Source: a virus (Duplodnaviria; Caudoviricetes). Taken from it: a DNA stretch of 28,910 nucleotides. The stretch is taken from the IMG/VR virus record IMGVR_UViG_3300009603_000044, positions 1-28,910 of that record, one strand, 5' to 3'. Position numbers and translations under genes: made by a program. Below the pieces are notes generated by a model. That model made no database searches. It worked only from the letters and a program-made list of their open reading frames with translations, and was not told the origin of the DNA. Shown here piece by piece: positions 26,039 through 28,910 of this stretch; the stretch's first letter is position 1; every line of letters begins with the position of its first letter.

Positions 26039-26399
26039 TTATCCTTCTCCCAATATTTTCTTTTAAATCTGTATCCTTTTTCGTCTTTTCGTCCGTACCT
26101 GCCAAGGGAGTTCCAACTCGTCCCATGAAATATACACAAGCTACACCACTCAGATTATCTATAACAACAGTCCAGAACCCATTCTCATCTAATGTCACAT
26201 ATAAAATGTTACTCTCATCTATAACTCCTACAAAAACTTTTGGATCATCTTTCTGTGCTTCTGCCAATACTGTAGAGATACCACAATAAGAATTAACAAG
26301 TTGAGGAGTCTGTCTTAGTGTAACACTTCCCTCTTGTGCATATACGTTTCCAGTCAGAAGAAAAATCCCAAGAATCGCACAAGATATTTTTGCAAACAT
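26016..26399 (-). CDS. Exported protein with Sec signal peptide
   Basis: MFAKISCAILGIFLLTGNVYA|QE (V-x-A cleavage site); two Cys in the mature part; GGAG RBS. Confidence 0.7.
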   Translation of the reverse strand: MFAKISCAILGIFLLTGNVYAQEGSVTLRQTPQLVNSYCGISTVLAEAQKDDPKVFVGVIDESNILYVTLDENGFWTVVIDNLSGVACVYFMGRVGTPLAGTDEKTKKDTDLKENIGRRINGKHIYK

Positions 26400-26419
26400 T
26401 GGTTCTCCAATTCTCGATA

Positions 26420-26665
26420 TTATGCCGTACCTGCCAGTTTATCTAGGGGATTCTCCACAGGTTCTGGCTTCTCGGATAAGCTCTCAATTAGGATATTCAT
26501 AAAAGAATCCGATGCTATAACAATTTGATCTAGTTGAAATTGAGTAGCCTGACGCTTCTGTTGTAAATCCTGTACTTGACTAATCCAATACTTTTGCTGA
26601 TCTGTTAAATCAGATTGCTCATAATCATTACCATTGATATTGATTACATTACTTTCTTCAGTCAT
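26420..26665 (-). CDS. Small acidic coiled-coil protein (possible tail-fibre accessory)
   Basis: ININGNDY...DLTDQQK followed by a Gln-rich helix. AAAGGA RBS; downstream of the fibre gene. Confidence 0.7.
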   Translation of the reverse strand: MTEESNVININGNDYEQSDLTDQQKYWISQVQDLQQKRQATQFQLDQIVIASDSFMNILIESLSEKPEPVENPLDKLAGTA

Positions 26666-26679
26666 AGATATGTTCCTTT

Positions 26680-26943
26680 CTATGCGGCCACGTAGGCTTT
26701 ACCAGCCGTGACTGCATCGTCATAAGATGTTTTGCTATTCGAGGAATCCTTATACCAGTCCTTCTCAGCTTGAATTTCAAGATGATCGGTATTCCGGGTT
26801 ACCATAAGTTTTACTTCCTCTTCAGTCTTGAACATTTGAAAAGCTTCTGTATCATCAGCCACAGTAGCATTGATTAGATTAACACTATCATCCATAGCTG
26901 AGAAATGTCCAGCAATCTCTTCATCAGTAAGTTCATTATCCAT
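26680..26943 (-). CDS. Hypothetical acidic protein
   Basis: AGGAG RBS; directly follows the long tail fibre gene. Confidence 0.7.
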   Translation of the reverse strand: MDNELTDEEIAGHFSAMDDSVNLINATVADDTEAFQMFKTEEEVKLMVTRNTDHLEIQAEKDWYKDSSNSKTSYDDAVTAGKAYVAA

Positions 26944-26957
26944 TTTTCTCTCCTAGG

Positions 26958-28910
26958 TTAAGATTCATTAGTGTGGTTAGTTTTCCATTTCTTCAGTTCA
27001 TCGATTTCAGCGGATAGTTCCTTGATTGCGTTTACCATCGACCAAAAGATTGGATCAGTATTGACCGACATGATGTCATGCTCGCCCCTGCGCTCGATTG
27101 CTTCAGGGAAAATCGGGTCGAGTTCTTGAGCAATCGCAGAAGTTTTACGTTCATTAAGGGGCAGATTCTCTACCGCTCCGGGAAGTTCTTCTTGCAGTTC
27201 CTCATCAGATTTGTAGTAAAAATACTTAGGTTCAATCTGGACAATCGCCTCCAACCCTTTTGTGTTGGGAACGATGTCTTTCTTAATTCGGCGATCTGAG
27301 GTTGCTGTCCATGCAGTGCCGTTATTACCCTGATACATTGCACCAGAACCAGCAGTAATAAACCCTGTGCCTGTGCCTTTACCTTGTGAATTTGCGGTTG
27401 CCCCAATAACCATTTCATTTGCTACAGTAGCGCCAGAAGAATGTGAGCCATTGCCGATGAACACATTTCCTGCTCCAGTAGTCGTGGCTACGCTATGCGT
27501 TCCGGCATTGTAGCCAACCATAGTATTATAACCGCCGGTTGTAACACCGCTTCCAGCCCCATAACCTAAAACAACTCCACCAGCTCCCGTTGTATTGGCA
27601 TCCAATGTACCTTGGCCAACCGCTACATTCTCTGCTCCCGTCGTATTAGTACCCAATGCATTGACACCAAAAGCAGAATTACTAGAAGCCGATGTATTGG
27701 CATCAAGGGCTGCATGACCCACGGCTGTGTTATAAGCACCACCAGCATTTGCAGCCAGAGTATTATATCCCACAGCCGTATTATTAACATTGGTATTCAA
27801 ATTAAGGGCTGCATGACCCACCGCCACATTCTGAGCGCCGGTTATAGTTGTACCCAATGCACCATCACCAATCGCTATATTATAAGAAGCCGTTGTGTTG
27901 GCATCGAGGGCATTAGCGCCGACTGCTACATTACTAGTTCCGGTGGTGTTCGCAGCCATCGTATTATGGCCAATGGATGTATTATTACTAGCCGTGGTAT
28001 TTACACTGAGAGAACCGTAGCCCATAGCCACATTATTAGAGCCTGTCGTATTTTGACCCAAAGAATGCAAACCGATAGCATGATTAAGTGTCCCTGAAGT
28101 ATTGGCATCCAAGGCGTGCTGGCCGATTGCCACATTACTAGCTCCGGTGTTGGCAGCATTCATAGCACCATTGCCAATCGCTACGTTATTAGAACCCGTG
28201 GTTCCTCCACCAAGAGCATTTATTCCAACAGCCACGTTGCTTGCGCCGGTTGTATTACTTCCCATAGAATTATGGCCGACCGCTGTATTGCTTGCGCCGG
28301 TTACATTGGTATACAAAGCACCATAGCCCACTGCTACATTATTAGACGCTGTGGTATTAAATCTTAAAGATGAATCGCCGACTGCTACATTATAACCGCC
28401 AGTAGTATTTGCAAAAGCAGCGTAATAGCCAAGGAATGTATTGATGGTCCCCGTTGTATTAGTATAACCGGCACCCTTGCCAACAGCGGTATTGCGACTA
28501 GCTGTAGTGTTGAGAGCTAGAGCACTGTTGCCCACGGCCACATTGTCAGCGCCGGTGGTGTTGGTTCCCAGCGACTGGTGGCCTATAGCGGTATTGGAAT
28601 GTGCGGTTGTGTTAGCGTCTAAAGCATAACTGCCAACCGCTACATTCTCTGCTCCGGTCGTATTGAGTTTCAATGCATCAAGGCCAATTCCTATATTATT
28701 AGCCCCTGTAGTATTAGCACTTAGAGCAAAATGCCCCACCGCCGTACTATTATTAGCTGTGGTATTGGCGTCTAAAGCATAAGAACCTACAGCTGTTAAA
28801 CCTGCTCCGGTAGTGTTTGCGCCAAGAGCATCATAGCCCACGGCAGTGTTATTAGCAGCCGTAGTATTGGCATCTAATGCACCGTAGCCTACGGCAGTGA
28901 GATTTGCTCC
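26958..28910 (-). CDS. Long tail fibre/adhesin with 17-aa repeats and C-terminal peptidase S74 intramolecular chaperone; 5'-truncated by the window edge
   Basis: Frame is open to base 28910. About 27 repeats of xNTT(G/A)xxNxA(V/I)GxxAL; TSDRRIKKDI autocleavage motif, IAQEL..IFPE and a coiled-coil end. Confidence 0.9.
   Translation of the reverse strand, partial: GANLTAVGYGALDANTTAANNTAVGYDALGANTTGAGLTAVGSYALDANTTANNSTAVGHFALSANTTGANNIGIGLDALKLNTTGAENVAVGSYALDANTTAHSNTAIGHQSLGTNTTGADNVAVGNSALALNTTASRNTAVGKGAGYTNTTGTINTFLGYYAAFANTTGGYNVAVGDSSLRFNTTASNNVAVGYGALYTNVTGASNTAVGHNSMGSNTTGASNVAVGINALGGGTTGSNNVAIGNGAMNAANTGASNVAIGQHALDANTSGTLNHAIGLHSLGQNTTGSNNVAMGYGSLSVNTTASNNTSIGHNTMAANTTGTSNVAVGANALDANTTASYNIAIGDGALGTTITGAQNVAVGHAALNLNTNVNNTAVGYNTLAANAGGAYNTAVGHAALDANTSASSNSAFGVNALGTNTTGAENVAVGQGTLDANTTGAGGVVLGYGAGSGVTTGGYNTMVGYNAGTHSVATTTGAGNVFIGNGSHSSGATVANEMVIGATANSQGKGTGTGFITAGSGAMYQGNNGTAWTATSDRRIKKDIVPNTKGLEAIVQIEPKYFYYKSDEELQEELPGAVENLPLNERKTSAIAQELDPIFPEAIERRGEHDIMSVNTDPIFWSMVNAIKELSAEIDELKKWKTNHTNES

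Noticed and set aside
27612-28367. Cys/Ile/Arg-rich + strand ORFs opposite the tail fibre
   Set aside because: Artefacts of the repetitive fibre codons.
24974-28910. Diversity-generating retroelement or invertible tail-fibre cassette
   Set aside because: No reverse transcriptase, invertase or template/variable repeat pair is visible in the window.
1-28910. T7-type phage RNA polymerase promoters
   Set aside because: No recurring ~20-bp motif seen before genes. The only promoters found are sigma70-type.

Overview
This window is a 28.9-kb segment of a lytic, podovirus-like dsDNA phage genome with two convergent arms. The + strand (1-14860) starts with a T7-like replication and nucleotide-metabolism module: DnaB-type primase-helicase C-terminus, family A DNA polymerase, gp2.5-like SSB, Cas4/RecB-like exonuclease, gp1.7-like DUF3310 protein, a probably class II ribonucleotide reductase and several free-standing nucleases. 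After a perfect sigma70 promoter (8244-8272) comes one tightly coupled run of genes: an unlisted Zn-finger mini-gene, a GT8-like glycosyltransferase, a 784-aa fusion (degenerate GT + SAM methyltransferase + Maf/DUF115), a second methyltransferase, holin, aspartate carbamoyltransferase (pyrB), terminase small subunit, HNH nuclease and a DUF59/SufT-like protein. The - strand (14879-28910) encodes tail fibres, a tail nozzle-like protein, internal virion proteins and an M15 peptidase endolysin. The best candidate for an undescribed system is the glycosylation/methylation cassette, which appears co-transcribed with late packaging and lysis genes. Other notable points are a phage pyrB, a free-standing primase zinc-finger fusion, a three-hairpin leader before ssb and apparent absence of CGCG. 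All calls come from motif recognition by eye; no database searches were run.
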